From Candidatus Poribacteria bacterium (GTDB lineage: Bacteria > Poribacteria > WGA-4E > WGA-3G): a stretch of 64,000 nt of DNA. Of this stretch, positions 56,005 to 64,000 are shown one piece after another; the stretch's first letter is position 1; each line of letters starts with the position of its first letter. The DNA lies in contig OZ251518.1 in the NCBI GenBank assembly GCA_965242965.1, positions 2,336,001 through 2,400,000 on the forward strand, read 5' to 3'. Both the position numbers and the translations under genes were made by a program. The notes beneath the pieces are model-generated. The model made no database searches and was not told the DNA's origin. It worked only from the letters and a program-made list of their open reading frames with translations.

Positions 56005-56392
56005 GCGCGCCTTCCCGATACACCGCCGTTTTTTCGTAGGGCGAGGGCCTGTCCCTCGCCATGCAACGATCGCAAGGAAACCCGCTCGGATGCGCGTGTG
56101 GCATCCGAGGGCCTCCGCACTACGATAACCCCTTCACCCCTGTAGGTCAAGATCGCCTGATCTTGACCCGTTTGTGATCAGGCGATCACAAACTACAGAA
56201 GTGGGCCCGATGCCTTCCGGTAGGTGAGACCTCCTGGTCTCGATGCAAGACTGGGGGACTGGAAACATTCTCTTCAGGTCCGTAGGACCTGAAACGCCAC
56301 CGCTTGCCGATGGACGATCGCGGGGGACAGGCCCCCGCGCTACGTGGATGGACAGGCTGCAGGTTCGCGGGGGACAGCCCCCGCGCTACGGG
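56001..56392. repeat. REP-like cluster containing at least five module families
   Basis: gtagggcgagggcctgtccctcgcc, gtaggtcaagatcgcctgatcttgacc, gtttgtgatcaggcgatcacaaactac, gtaggtgagacctcctggtctcgatg, aggtccgtaggacct. Confidence 0.88.
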
Positions 56393-56405
56393 AATGGACA
56401 TAAAA

Positions 56406-58382
56406 TTAATGCCACACAATATAAGTCGGCATTTGCAAAACCAACCCAATAAGACTCCACACACATCCAAGCGTATAATCTCCCAAGATCAGCCCGAGGA
56501 AAAACGGCACCGCCTGCCGATAGAGTTTCACGCCGCCGATTTTCAGCACGATGGCTTTCGCCAGCCAACTGAGGAAAATCGGGAACCACAAGCCGCCCAT
56601 CCCCGTGCCGCTGACAAGCACGTAACCACCCGGGTGCAAGGGCCACCACAGAAACCGCATCTTCATCACCATCAGGAATATAGTAAAGAAGAAGCTGCTC
56701 CCGATAACGCCGAGTTCTGGCACACTCGTCTCGCGCGGGCTGACAAGCCACGTTTGAAGGCGGTTGAAAGTCTCCCATCCCATATAGACTATCCAGCCGC
56801 GCGCCTTGCTTCCCGCGCCCATATCGTAAAGCACATGCAGATACGCCCAAAACGTGATGAGGATGCCGAAGACAATCGCCAAAATCATCCCGATGAGCAG
56901 TTGCCGGTATCCGATGCGCGTTCGCTCAGCAAGCCGGAACGCCTCAAGTTCACTCGGTGTCGGATGCGCGCGGAAACAGCGGACAAACGGGTAGAGGAAC
57001 GTTAACCCCGTCAAATTCGCCGAGCCGAGCCTGCGCGTGCCTAATGCTAATACCATCGTCCTACCCGGGTCAACGAAGATGAGTTGATGCAGCGGCGGAC
57101 CGATTTCGGCGCGAATCCGCGTGATCCCGATAACTAGCGGAAAGTAGAAAAGGAAAAACAGCCCAATCGCCCAAAATGTCATCCCCATCTGATAACAGAA
57201 AAAGAAGAGGCACAGCAGGCCGCCGGTGAAGAGAAGGGCTGCGGTGCGGTAGCGCATGGGTTCGTTTTCGTCCGAGACCGGGTGATCGCGAGGGACAGGC
57301 CCTCGCGCTACGGTGTCGGGAAGTGATGGCTCGCGAGGGACAGGCCCTCGCGCTACGGATAGATTGAAAATCTTTCGCAAGATTCTGCCGTAATGCCGTC
57401 TGCCAATCCACAGCGGAATGCATCCGAACGCCATCCATGCGCCGGTCTGCTGTTCAAGATGATAGATATTTCGCGCGCCGAGCGCGTCGGTTAAAATCAA
57501 TTGGACGCGGCTGAGGAGCCAGAAGAACCAGCAGGAAAAGGAGAGATCGAGCGGCGTAAAAAACATTAACCCGATGCTGAACGGATAAAAGGAGATGCGG
57601 ATAGGCCCCATCGCGCTCCACGGTTTTGAACTGAATTGCCCGATGGTTTTGCCTTTGAGTGGCAAGGCGGGGATGTCTGGAAATAGGTAGTTTAAGCCGT
57701 TCAGTAATTCCGCGCCGCCTGCCAGCGCGAAGCCTAACCACATCCACGGCGAACTGAAAAAGCGTTTCGGATTGCTAGTGAGTGCTAACGGCAATTGCAC
57801 GATGGGATAGTTGAGCCGTTCGTTTTCTGTCCACTGCTTGCGGAGAAAAACCGTGACAGACAGCAGCGTCAGCCAAAGCGCGATGACAAAACCAGACCAG
57901 GCGAGGACCGGTGGTATCCACGCGTTGAGCGTCGCAGAACGGTAAAGTGTAGAATCGCCTTCATAGAACCCTGTTAAAATGCGAGGGTCCTTCACCGCAA
58001 TCCATGTCGGGATGTGATGTCCGAAGAGCGGAATCCATTCGTTTTCGGGGGAGGCGAACTGAAAGGCGTGCGCGAGAACGGGGATAAGATAGCCCATCAT
58101 CGTGTGCCCGCTAATCGTCGTCAGCATGACTACCATCACGTAGATGGTTTGCAAATCGGCTTGCGACATGGACATGCGCGGCAGAAAACGTGTCAATAGC
58201 AGATTAAGCAACACGAGAACAAGGAGCGTAAAAACGGCGTTGAAAAACAGCGAAGCGATCGTCAACTGCGTTGAGTGCCACACCTCTGTCCCCATCAAGC
58301 ACCAATAACTGTTAAAGGCGACGAGTGCCAACCCAATCAGTAAAATATGCGGTTTGACGCTGTTTCGGTTTCTGTTAGCCAT
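56406..58382 (-). CDS. Polytopic membrane protein, DUF6785/DUF6784-like, with an in-frame REP insertion
   Basis: RKQWTENERLNYPI, PLDLSFSCWFF, WWPLHPGGY. Paralog of 35768-37693. Confidence 0.82.
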   Translation of the reverse strand: MANRNRNSVKPHILLIGLALVAFNSYWCLMGTEVWHSTQLTIASLFFNAVFTLLVLVLLNLLLTRFLPRMSMSQADLQTIYVMVVMLTTISGHTMMGYLIPVLAHAFQFASPENEWIPLFGHHIPTWIAVKDPRILTGFYEGDSTLYRSATLNAWIPPVLAWSGFVIALWLTLLSVTVFLRKQWTENERLNYPIVQLPLALTSNPKRFFSSPWMWLGFALAGGAELLNGLNYLFPDIPALPLKGKTIGQFSSKPWSAMGPIRISFYPFSIGLMFFTPLDLSFSCWFFWLLSRVQLILTDALGARNIYHLEQQTGAWMAFGCIPLWIGRRHYGRILRKIFNLSVARGPVPREPSLPDTVARGPVPRDHPVSDENEPMRYRTAALLFTGGLLCLFFFCYQMGMTFWAIGLFFLFYFPLVIGITRIRAEIGPPLHQLIFVDPGRTMVLALGTRRLGSANLTGLTFLYPFVRCFRAHPTPSELEAFRLAERTRIGYRQLLIGMILAIVFGILITFWAYLHVLYDMGAGSKARGWIVYMGWETFNRLQTWLVSPRETSVPELGVIGSSFFFTIFLMVMKMRFLWWPLHPGGYVLVSGTGMGGLWFPIFLSWLAKAIVLKIGGVKLYRQAVPFFLGLILGDYTLGCVWSLIGLVLQMPTYIVWH

Positions 58383-58467
58383 GTTGGCGTGTGTTTCCTC
58401 TCGTCTCTGTAGGGCAAGTTCGCCTGAGTTTGAGTGTTCGGAATCAGGCGATCCCGAATTACAATGA

Positions 58468-58937
58468 TTAATCGAAGGTGTTTCATAACTCCGTTATGGA
58501 TGCCTCTTTAGGTCCTTTAGGACCTGCATGTCTATAGAAAAACAGACATGCCACTGTTTTCAAGGTCCGCTAGGACCTTAATCCAGCGGCAGCGAGGGAA
58601 GCAGGCACATTAAGGTCCTACAGACCTTAGGTGCGCTGCGATGCAGGATGCTATAGACATTAAGGTCTTACAGACCTTATTGTTCTCGTAGCGCGGGGGC
58701 CTGTCCCCCGCGATCTCTCAACCTTTGCGGAAAACGCCCGCAACCCAGAGACCACGGATGTTTGCTGCTCAGACCGGTGCATGGCGAGGGACAGGCCCTC
58801 GCCCTACGGTGAAAGCGGCAATCAAGCTTGGCGAGGGACAGGTTTTCCCACCGCCCTACGTGAAGGGAGGCGTTTTTTTACCGTAGCGCGGTAGCCTACC
58901 ACCGCGACGTTGAGCGATTCCGAACCACAGTGATTAA
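58468..58937. mobile_element. MITE-like REP cassette with a degenerate right end
   Basis: Left end ttaatcgaaggtgtttcataactc; interior AGGTCC-N3-GGACCT/TGTCTATAG and GTAG modules; right end cgttgagcgattccgaaccacagtgattaa. Confidence 0.55.
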
Positions 58938-58944
58938 TACGGTA

Positions 58945-59691
58945 TTATCGGGCCCCGAGGTCTCTCCTACTGATGTGTTGCAGTGCTTTCCGGAGCACTT
59001 CTTCGTTGCTATAGTTCAAAGATGCGCGGTTTGCAACTGCGCCTACCGGCATCGCATTTTCTATTTCTTTACACAACAACGGCAATGCCCGCACGACGTT
59101 ATCCACAATCGTCACACTCGCCTGTTTTGCCGTGCGCGACATCGGGTTCAGATCTACGGTGACGACCTCTTTTCGCATCTTCCGTAGTGCTTCACACCTG
59201 TCGCCATCTTCAAGCGGCACGAAAACGACATCCGCCTTGAAAATCCCTTCCGGATGCACAAACTTTCGGTTGGAGTCAATGTAGGAAAGTTGCGCTTCGG
59301 TGGTGGGCATCAGCACCTCCGAGGCACCGTGCTTGAGTAGATGCTGTTGGATGGCCATCTCCCGTTCACCGTCGGTGTGAAAAATGTTTACCTCTAAAGG
59401 CGCGTTGAGCAATCTTCCGAACGCGATCAGTGCGTCTGGCACTAGTGCTGCCACGTTCCCATTAACAGAAATTACGGGATGTTCCGCCGAGAGGAGCATC
59501 GCTGTCGCTGCACGAATTGCCTCAACGGCGAACAGCTGCGTCTTCTCACCGATGAGATAGTCAAACGCCTCGCCGCGTCCGTGCGCGATGAGTCCATGGA
59601 TAGAGGTAATGCCGCGCTCAACGCCTTCTACGATGGTATCTCGCAGCGTTAACGAGAGGTAGCGCGGGTGTGTTTTTGGAACGTCGCTCAA
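58945..59691 (-). CDS. Archaeal-type phosphopantothenate synthetase (4-phosphopantoate-beta-alanine ligase)
   Basis: HPRYLSL, GLIAHGRGEAFDYLIGEKT, PVISVNGN, VPLEDGDR, VDLNPMSRT, TIVDNVVRA. Confidence 0.9.
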   Translation of the reverse strand: MSDVPKTHPRYLSLTLRDTIVEGVERGITSIHGLIAHGRGEAFDYLIGEKTQLFAVEAIRAATAMLLSAEHPVISVNGNVAALVPDALIAFGRLLNAPLEVNIFHTDGEREMAIQQHLLKHGASEVLMPTTEAQLSYIDSNRKFVHPEGIFKADVVFVPLEDGDRCEALRKMRKEVVTVDLNPMSRTAKQASVTIVDNVVRALPLLCKEIENAMPVGAVANRASLNYSNEEVLRKALQHISRRDLGAR

Positions 59692-59779
59692 TTTTCGTCA
59701 CTCCTTGTTTTTTTGCGATGGGTTAACTATACACGGAATTGTTGCGTTTGTCAACGCTTTTTTTAGAACCCGGGGACAT

Positions 59780-60215
59780 TTAGTGTGAAGGAGTTTCATA
59801 AATCTGTGTAGGAGAGACCTCCCGGTCTCGATGCAATAGGGCGGCGCGCCTACCGGGGCTGCGGTGACAGAAAGCCTCCTTCATCGTAGGGCGAGGGCCT
59901 GTCCCTCGCCATCGTCCTCTTCAGGTCCGTAGGACCTGAATGTCTATAGCAGCCCAAACGCAAAAGGCTCTAAGGTCCTTTAGGTCCTTAATAGGTTTTG
60001 CCAGGGCCGCGTGCTTTTTATTAAGGACCTAAAGGACCTTGACAACGTAACGACACGTGTTGCTATAGACATTAAGGACCTAAAGGACCTAAAACGCCCC
60101 CGCTTGACGATGACCAACGCGGGGGACAGGCCCCCGCGCTACGGGAAAATTGAGACCAGGAGGTCTCGCCTACCCGAAGAAATCGAGACCAGGAGGTCTC
60201 TCCTACAGGAACATC
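59780..60215. repeat. REP-like cluster with a TIR-like left end
   Basis: gaaggagtttcataaatc followed by GTAG modules and aggacctaaaggacct / gctatagacatt modules. Confidence 0.8.
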
Positions 60216-60336
60216 GCTTGCAGCGAGTAACATCAAAAACAGAAAACTAAACGGTTTCTGTGCGCAGCGATATTCATGTTGATATTCTTTGTGTTTTCAT
60301 GCGATACTGTATTGAACGAAAAAAAGGAGGCAGCAG

Positions 60337-61047
60337 ATGGCACGTCGAAAACGAAAAATGAACAAGGATGTGTATACACATCGCGGGTACCTGCATAACC
60401 AGCGCGGTGAATACGACAAAGGTGTCAAGGATTTCCAGAAAGCCCTTGAACTTGACCCGGATTGCGCGGCGGCGCATAACAACCTCGGTGCTACCTACAT
60501 CCTGCTGGACAGGAAGGACGAAGCCGTTTTCCACTTGCGGCAGGCACTCGCCTTGGATGCGAGTTTAACAGAGGTGCGTATTAACCTCGCCGATGTCTAT
60601 CTCAAAATGGATAAATACGAGGAGGCGCGCGAGGTCCTCATCCCTGAGATGGCGCAGGGCAAGGAGCCCGAAAGTTATTACTATCTCATCGGTCGCGTTC
60701 ACTTCGGGCTGTGCGAGTATGAAGCCGCGCTCCAAGCGTGGCTGAAGTCGCGCGAACTGGGGATGACGAAGATTGACCTGAACCTATTCCTGGGGAACGC
60801 CTATTTCTACTTGGAAGAGTTGGATAAGGCGTTTCACCATTTCCAGCAATTAACGCGCAATAAACCGGACTTCGCTAGCGGATACTCGGCTATCGCCATG
60901 GTCTACATGAAGCGCAAGCAGTTTGACGCGGCGGAGCAATCCCTCGCCGACGCGCTGATGCGAGATCCTTCGGACTGGGGGGCTCTCTACCTAGTAGATC
61001 TGCTCGAAAAGGAGCGGAAGGCGTATGCAGCAGCGTCTGCATCGTGA
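60337..61047 (+). CDS. Tetratricopeptide repeat protein
   Basis: KALELDPDCAAAHNNLG-type repeats; SD AAGGAGG. Confidence 0.88.
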   Translation: MARRKRKMNKDVYTHRGYLHNQRGEYDKGVKDFQKALELDPDCAAAHNNLGATYILLDRKDEAVFHLRQALALDASLTEVRINLADVYLKMDKYEEAREVLIPEMAQGKEPESYYYLIGRVHFGLCEYEAALQAWLKSRELGMTKIDLNLFLGNAYFYLEELDKAFHHFQQLTRNKPDFASGYSAIAMVYMKRKQFDAAEQSLADALMRDPSDWGALYLVDLLEKERKAYAAASAS

Positions 61048-61074
61048 TGCGCGCCATTCAAGGAGGCAGCGTCC

Positions 61075-61833
61075 ATGGTTTCGCCAAAAGAGATTCAAGC
61101 GGCTTGTGATGACATCGTTCGCGAGTTCGCGCCGCTACAAATTATTCTCTTCGGCTCCTATGCGTATGGCGCGCCGATGGAGGATTCGGATGTCGATCTA
61201 CTCGTCGTGATGGCTATTCCGGAATCGGAGAGACGCGGAAAGGCTGTGGAGATTCGGCAGCGCATTCCGCGTCGATTCCCTATGGATTTGCTCGTCCGTT
61301 CACCGGCAGAGATAGCCTATCGCGTCTCGCACAACGACTGGTTTCTCCGAGAAATCCTTGAGAAGGGGACTGTCCTTTACGATTCGGGTGGTTTTTCCAA
61401 GGGCGCGTTGGAAACCGCTTGCGAGCTGCGCGATAAGAAGGCGGCCGACGTGATGAATCCGTTGACATTAGAGTATGTCGAAAAAGCGGAGGAGAATTAC
61501 GCCAATATCGACTGGCTTCAGCAGGCACCCACGCCGAGGCATAATTCGGTGTGTTTCAACGCGCAGCAATGTATTGAGAAGTATCTGAAGGCGTGGTTGC
61601 AGGAGGCGAACCTCCCTGTTCCGCGAACGCATGATCTGGTAGAATTACTTTATCTGATTGTGCCGTTGCGTCCTGCGTGGCGTGCGTGGGATGCGGATTT
61701 TTCAGCGTTTGTTAAACATGCGGTGGATTTCCTGTATCCGAGGGAATCAGCCACTGCTGCGGATGCGCGTCATGCCGCAAGAATTGCTGCTGAGGTTCGG
61801 CAAGCGGTTCGTGATGGGTTGGGGATTTCTTGA
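61075..61833 (+). CDS. Fused minimal nucleotidyltransferase and HEPN domain protein
   Basis: ILFGSYAYG...DSDVDLLVV, then VCFNAQQCIEKYLKA...PRTHDLVEL. Confidence 0.85.
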   Translation: MVSPKEIQAACDDIVREFAPLQIILFGSYAYGAPMEDSDVDLLVVMAIPESERRGKAVEIRQRIPRRFPMDLLVRSPAEIAYRVSHNDWFLREILEKGTVLYDSGGFSKGALETACELRDKKAADVMNPLTLEYVEKAEENYANIDWLQQAPTPRHNSVCFNAQQCIEKYLKAWLQEANLPVPRTHDLVELLYLIVPLRPAWRAWDADFSAFVKHAVDFLYPRESATAADARHAARIAAEVRQAVRDGLGIS

Positions 61834-61952
61834 ATTTTTGACATCAGCCAATCTCTTCGGGATGCGTGCAGTCTCTGCGTGTCGATTGTATCCGAACTGT
61901 GATGATGGATTTCTATATCCGCCTGCAGATCGAGATTAACTGATTTTTTTCG

Positions 61953-61981
61953 TTGCAATTTATTGCAAATTTAGGTATAAT
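61953..61981 (+). promoter_or_regulatory. sigma70 promoter for the vWA-PP2C-kinase operon
   Basis: TTGCAA-17 nt-TATAAT; SD GGGAGG downstream. Confidence 0.72.
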
Positions 61982-62011
61982 TGGCGTATCAACAAAAATG
62001 GGAGGATTAGC

Positions 62012-62845
62012 ATGGCATATAGCAATGTGCCTATCGGAACATCTAACCCCGGATGCATTGTCATCTTAGTCGACCAGTCGTGGTCGATGAGTGAAGGTTG
62101 GCAAACGGGCACTAAGGCGGAGATTGCAGCGATCGCCGTTAATCGCGTCATTGAGGAGCTGGTCTTGGCCTGCCGCCGCGGAGACGTGATTAGAGAACGG
62201 TGCCATATATCCGTGATTGGTTATGGTGGAGACGTTGAATGTCTCGTAGAAGGGATGATTTCAGAGATGACTTCGGCACTGATTGAAGTCAGGAAGGGCA
62301 AAAAGTTGATACCGGATGGCGCGGGCGGTGTCATTGAAATTGACTACGAAATGCCAATTTGGCTGGAACCACGGGCGGATAACGGCACACCGATGCATAC
62401 CGCTTTTGAGTTCGCCGCCGATGTCGTTGAGCAGTGGTGTGTCAAGTGGCCAAACAGTTTCCCGCCCATTGTTATTAACATTACCGATGGCGCGGCCTCG
62501 CATGCCAATTTAACAGTGAATGCCGCGCAACGAGTGATGCATCTCCAGACATCGGATGGGAACGCCTTAGTCTTCAACCTGCATATAGCTAGCAGTGGCA
62601 ACAGTGCATTTTTGCCGAGTAGCACTGCACAATTTGCGGGTGACTTCTTAGCAGGATTCCTTTTTGAAATTTCTAGCGTTTTGCCGTCCTCTTTACACGC
62701 GTCGGCGGAAAAAGAGGGGATTCTATTGGAAGCAGATGCTCGGTGTTTTCTCTATAATGGCAACGAAACCCAAATGATTAAACTTCTGCAATTTGGATCC
62801 CTGGATTTACCGCAAGTCCACGTTCTTCCTCAACCTTCGGCTTGA
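62012..62845 (+). CDS. vWA domain protein (TerY-like)
   Basis: MIDAS motif LVDQSWSM, GTPM, INITDG. Confidence 0.85.
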   Translation: MAYSNVPIGTSNPGCIVILVDQSWSMSEGWQTGTKAEIAAIAVNRVIEELVLACRRGDVIRERCHISVIGYGGDVECLVEGMISEMTSALIEVRKGKKLIPDGAGGVIEIDYEMPIWLEPRADNGTPMHTAFEFAADVVEQWCVKWPNSFPPIVINITDGAASHANLTVNAAQRVMHLQTSDGNALVFNLHIASSGNSAFLPSSTAQFAGDFLAGFLFEISSVLPSSLHASAEKEGILLEADARCFLYNGNETQMIKLLQFGSLDLPQVHVLPQPSA

Positions 62846-62849
62846 TGTG

Positions 62850-63725
62850 ATGATAACTTTAACGACGCGCTCTTTCGTGACTCATAAAAAGGCGGAAAGC
62901 CTGGATGATTGTCAAGATGCATCCGCGGTTAATGAAAACACCGCGCGCTACGCCATCGCTGATGGCGCGACCCGGTCATTCTTCCCGAAATGGTGGGCAG
63001 AACTCCTCGTAAGACACTTCTGCGAAACCGAAACGCTGTCTTTGGATAAAGCGAATTGGGCAGAATGGTTACACCCTATTCAACACAAATGGTATCAGAA
63101 GGTATCAGAAAGGGTAAAATCCCGGAACCTATTTTACCTCACTAATTCCTTCAACGCCAATGACCCGGCCACATCTACTTTTATCGGACTTGAATTCGAC
63201 AAACTGAAAGCGGCGTGGCAAGCGATGATTATCGGTGACAGTTGTCTTTTTCACTATACGGACACTGAACTAAAAAGTTATCTCATCGATAATTCCGAAT
63301 TTTTTACGAATCGCCCCGAGGCTCTTGCGAGTTTTGCCGACAAGAACCACTATACCCCTGAATTTATCAGCGGCGGCGTTAAGCCGGGGGACACTTTTAT
63401 CTTAGCGACAGACGCTTTGGCAAAATGGATCCTGGAACATAAGGAATCGGGGAGATTAGACCAGGCACTTGCCCAACTCAACGCGATAAAAACGGAGGAT
63501 GCCTTTTCCACGTTCGTTGATGAAGCGCGCAAGGCTGAAGATATTCGTCTCGTTAATGACGACGTAACGCTTATGCTAATTTCGGTTGAAAAATCTCAAC
63601 GAGAAGTTCCACCGGATCCAGTGTTGCCGCGATTACTTTTTTGGGGGATTCTCGCCACCGGCGCGTTTGGCATTTTCGTTTGGTTTCTCATGCTTCTTTG
63701 GAGATTCCTCAAGAGAGATGATTAA
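62850..63725 (+). CDS. PP2C-like phosphatase with a C-terminal transmembrane helix
   Basis: CQDA, AIADGAT, IGDSC, LATDAL, NDDVT; hydrophobic tail LLFWGILATGAFGIFVWFLMLLW. Confidence 0.85.
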   Translation: MITLTTRSFVTHKKAESLDDCQDASAVNENTARYAIADGATRSFFPKWWAELLVRHFCETETLSLDKANWAEWLHPIQHKWYQKVSERVKSRNLFYLTNSFNANDPATSTFIGLEFDKLKAAWQAMIIGDSCLFHYTDTELKSYLIDNSEFFTNRPEALASFADKNHYTPEFISGGVKPGDTFILATDALAKWILEHKESGRLDQALAQLNAIKTEDAFSTFVDEARKAEDIRLVNDDVTLMLISVEKSQREVPPDPVLPRLLFWGILATGAFGIFVWFLMLLWRFLKRDD

Positions 63726-63740
63726 AAATTGGAGTGATTC

Positions 63741-64000
63741 ATGTCCTGGCCAAGCCGTGCCGATTACACACAGGCCGTACGCGATTATCCTGATCGCAGC
63801 CTGAAAGATACGAAGCTTGAAGGTGGAAAACCTAGGCGGGCGAAAGACAACTTCTTGGCAAGTTACGAAGGCGGGTGGTCCATAGTCTTCCCGATTGAGA
63901 AGGCTTCCAAAACTTTCGCGCTGCGATGTTGGATTAAAGATGTTGTTGATGCTGAAATTCGGTATCAAAAAATATCGGCGCATCTAGCTCAGGAGAATTT
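63741..64000 (+). CDS. N-terminus of a probable Ser/Thr kinase, truncated at the right edge; absent from the ORF track
   Basis: GGAG then ATG: MSWPSRADYTQAVRD...YEGGWSIVFPIE...FALRCW...IRYQKIS. The frame is open to the window end and follows vWA and PP2C genes. Confidence 0.72.
   Translation, partial: MSWPSRADYTQAVRDYPDRSLKDTKLEGGKPRRAKDNFLASYEGGWSIVFPIEKASKTFALRCWIKDVVDAEIRYQKISAHLAQEN

Overview
Chromosomal window of a GC-rich bacterium. The protein families point to Candidatus Poribacteria (inference): a LamG protein ending in AVEPxxKLxxxWGxLK, a WD40/dockerin protein with an 'LLANYPNPFNPETWIPYQL' tail, two DUF6785-like membrane proteins and an archaeal-type phosphopantothenate synthetase. 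Core content is a minus-strand run of tRNA(Pro,Arg,His,Lys,Leu)-tig-clpP-clpX-lon-S4 protein-pdxA followed by a >1500-aa C25 (gingipain/PorU-like) protease that the ORF track missed. The window also has two more tRNA-Leu genes, aspC, hflX, gnd, a sulfatase, a heterodimeric ABC exporter and a sigma54/ANTAR-controlled nitrate assimilation cluster (nasT-nirA-nitrate transporter-narB). Defence-like genes include an Rpn nuclease with an internal SD/ATG, a DnaJ_C/HsdR_N-like/DnaJ_C fusion, an AAA-ATPase plus TOPRIM-like pair inside a cassette hotspot with duplicated promoters, two MNT-HEPN fusions, an orphan DNA methyltransferase and a TerY-P-like triad at the right edge. The most striking non-coding signal is a modular repeat system. 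Several families of GTAG-headed REP-like palindromes are packaged between ~24-bp terminal inverted repeats that match the end of a decayed DDE insertion sequence in this window. The same palindromes supply stop codons and have inserted in frame into protein-coding genes. All family assignments come from motif recognition by eye; no searches were run.
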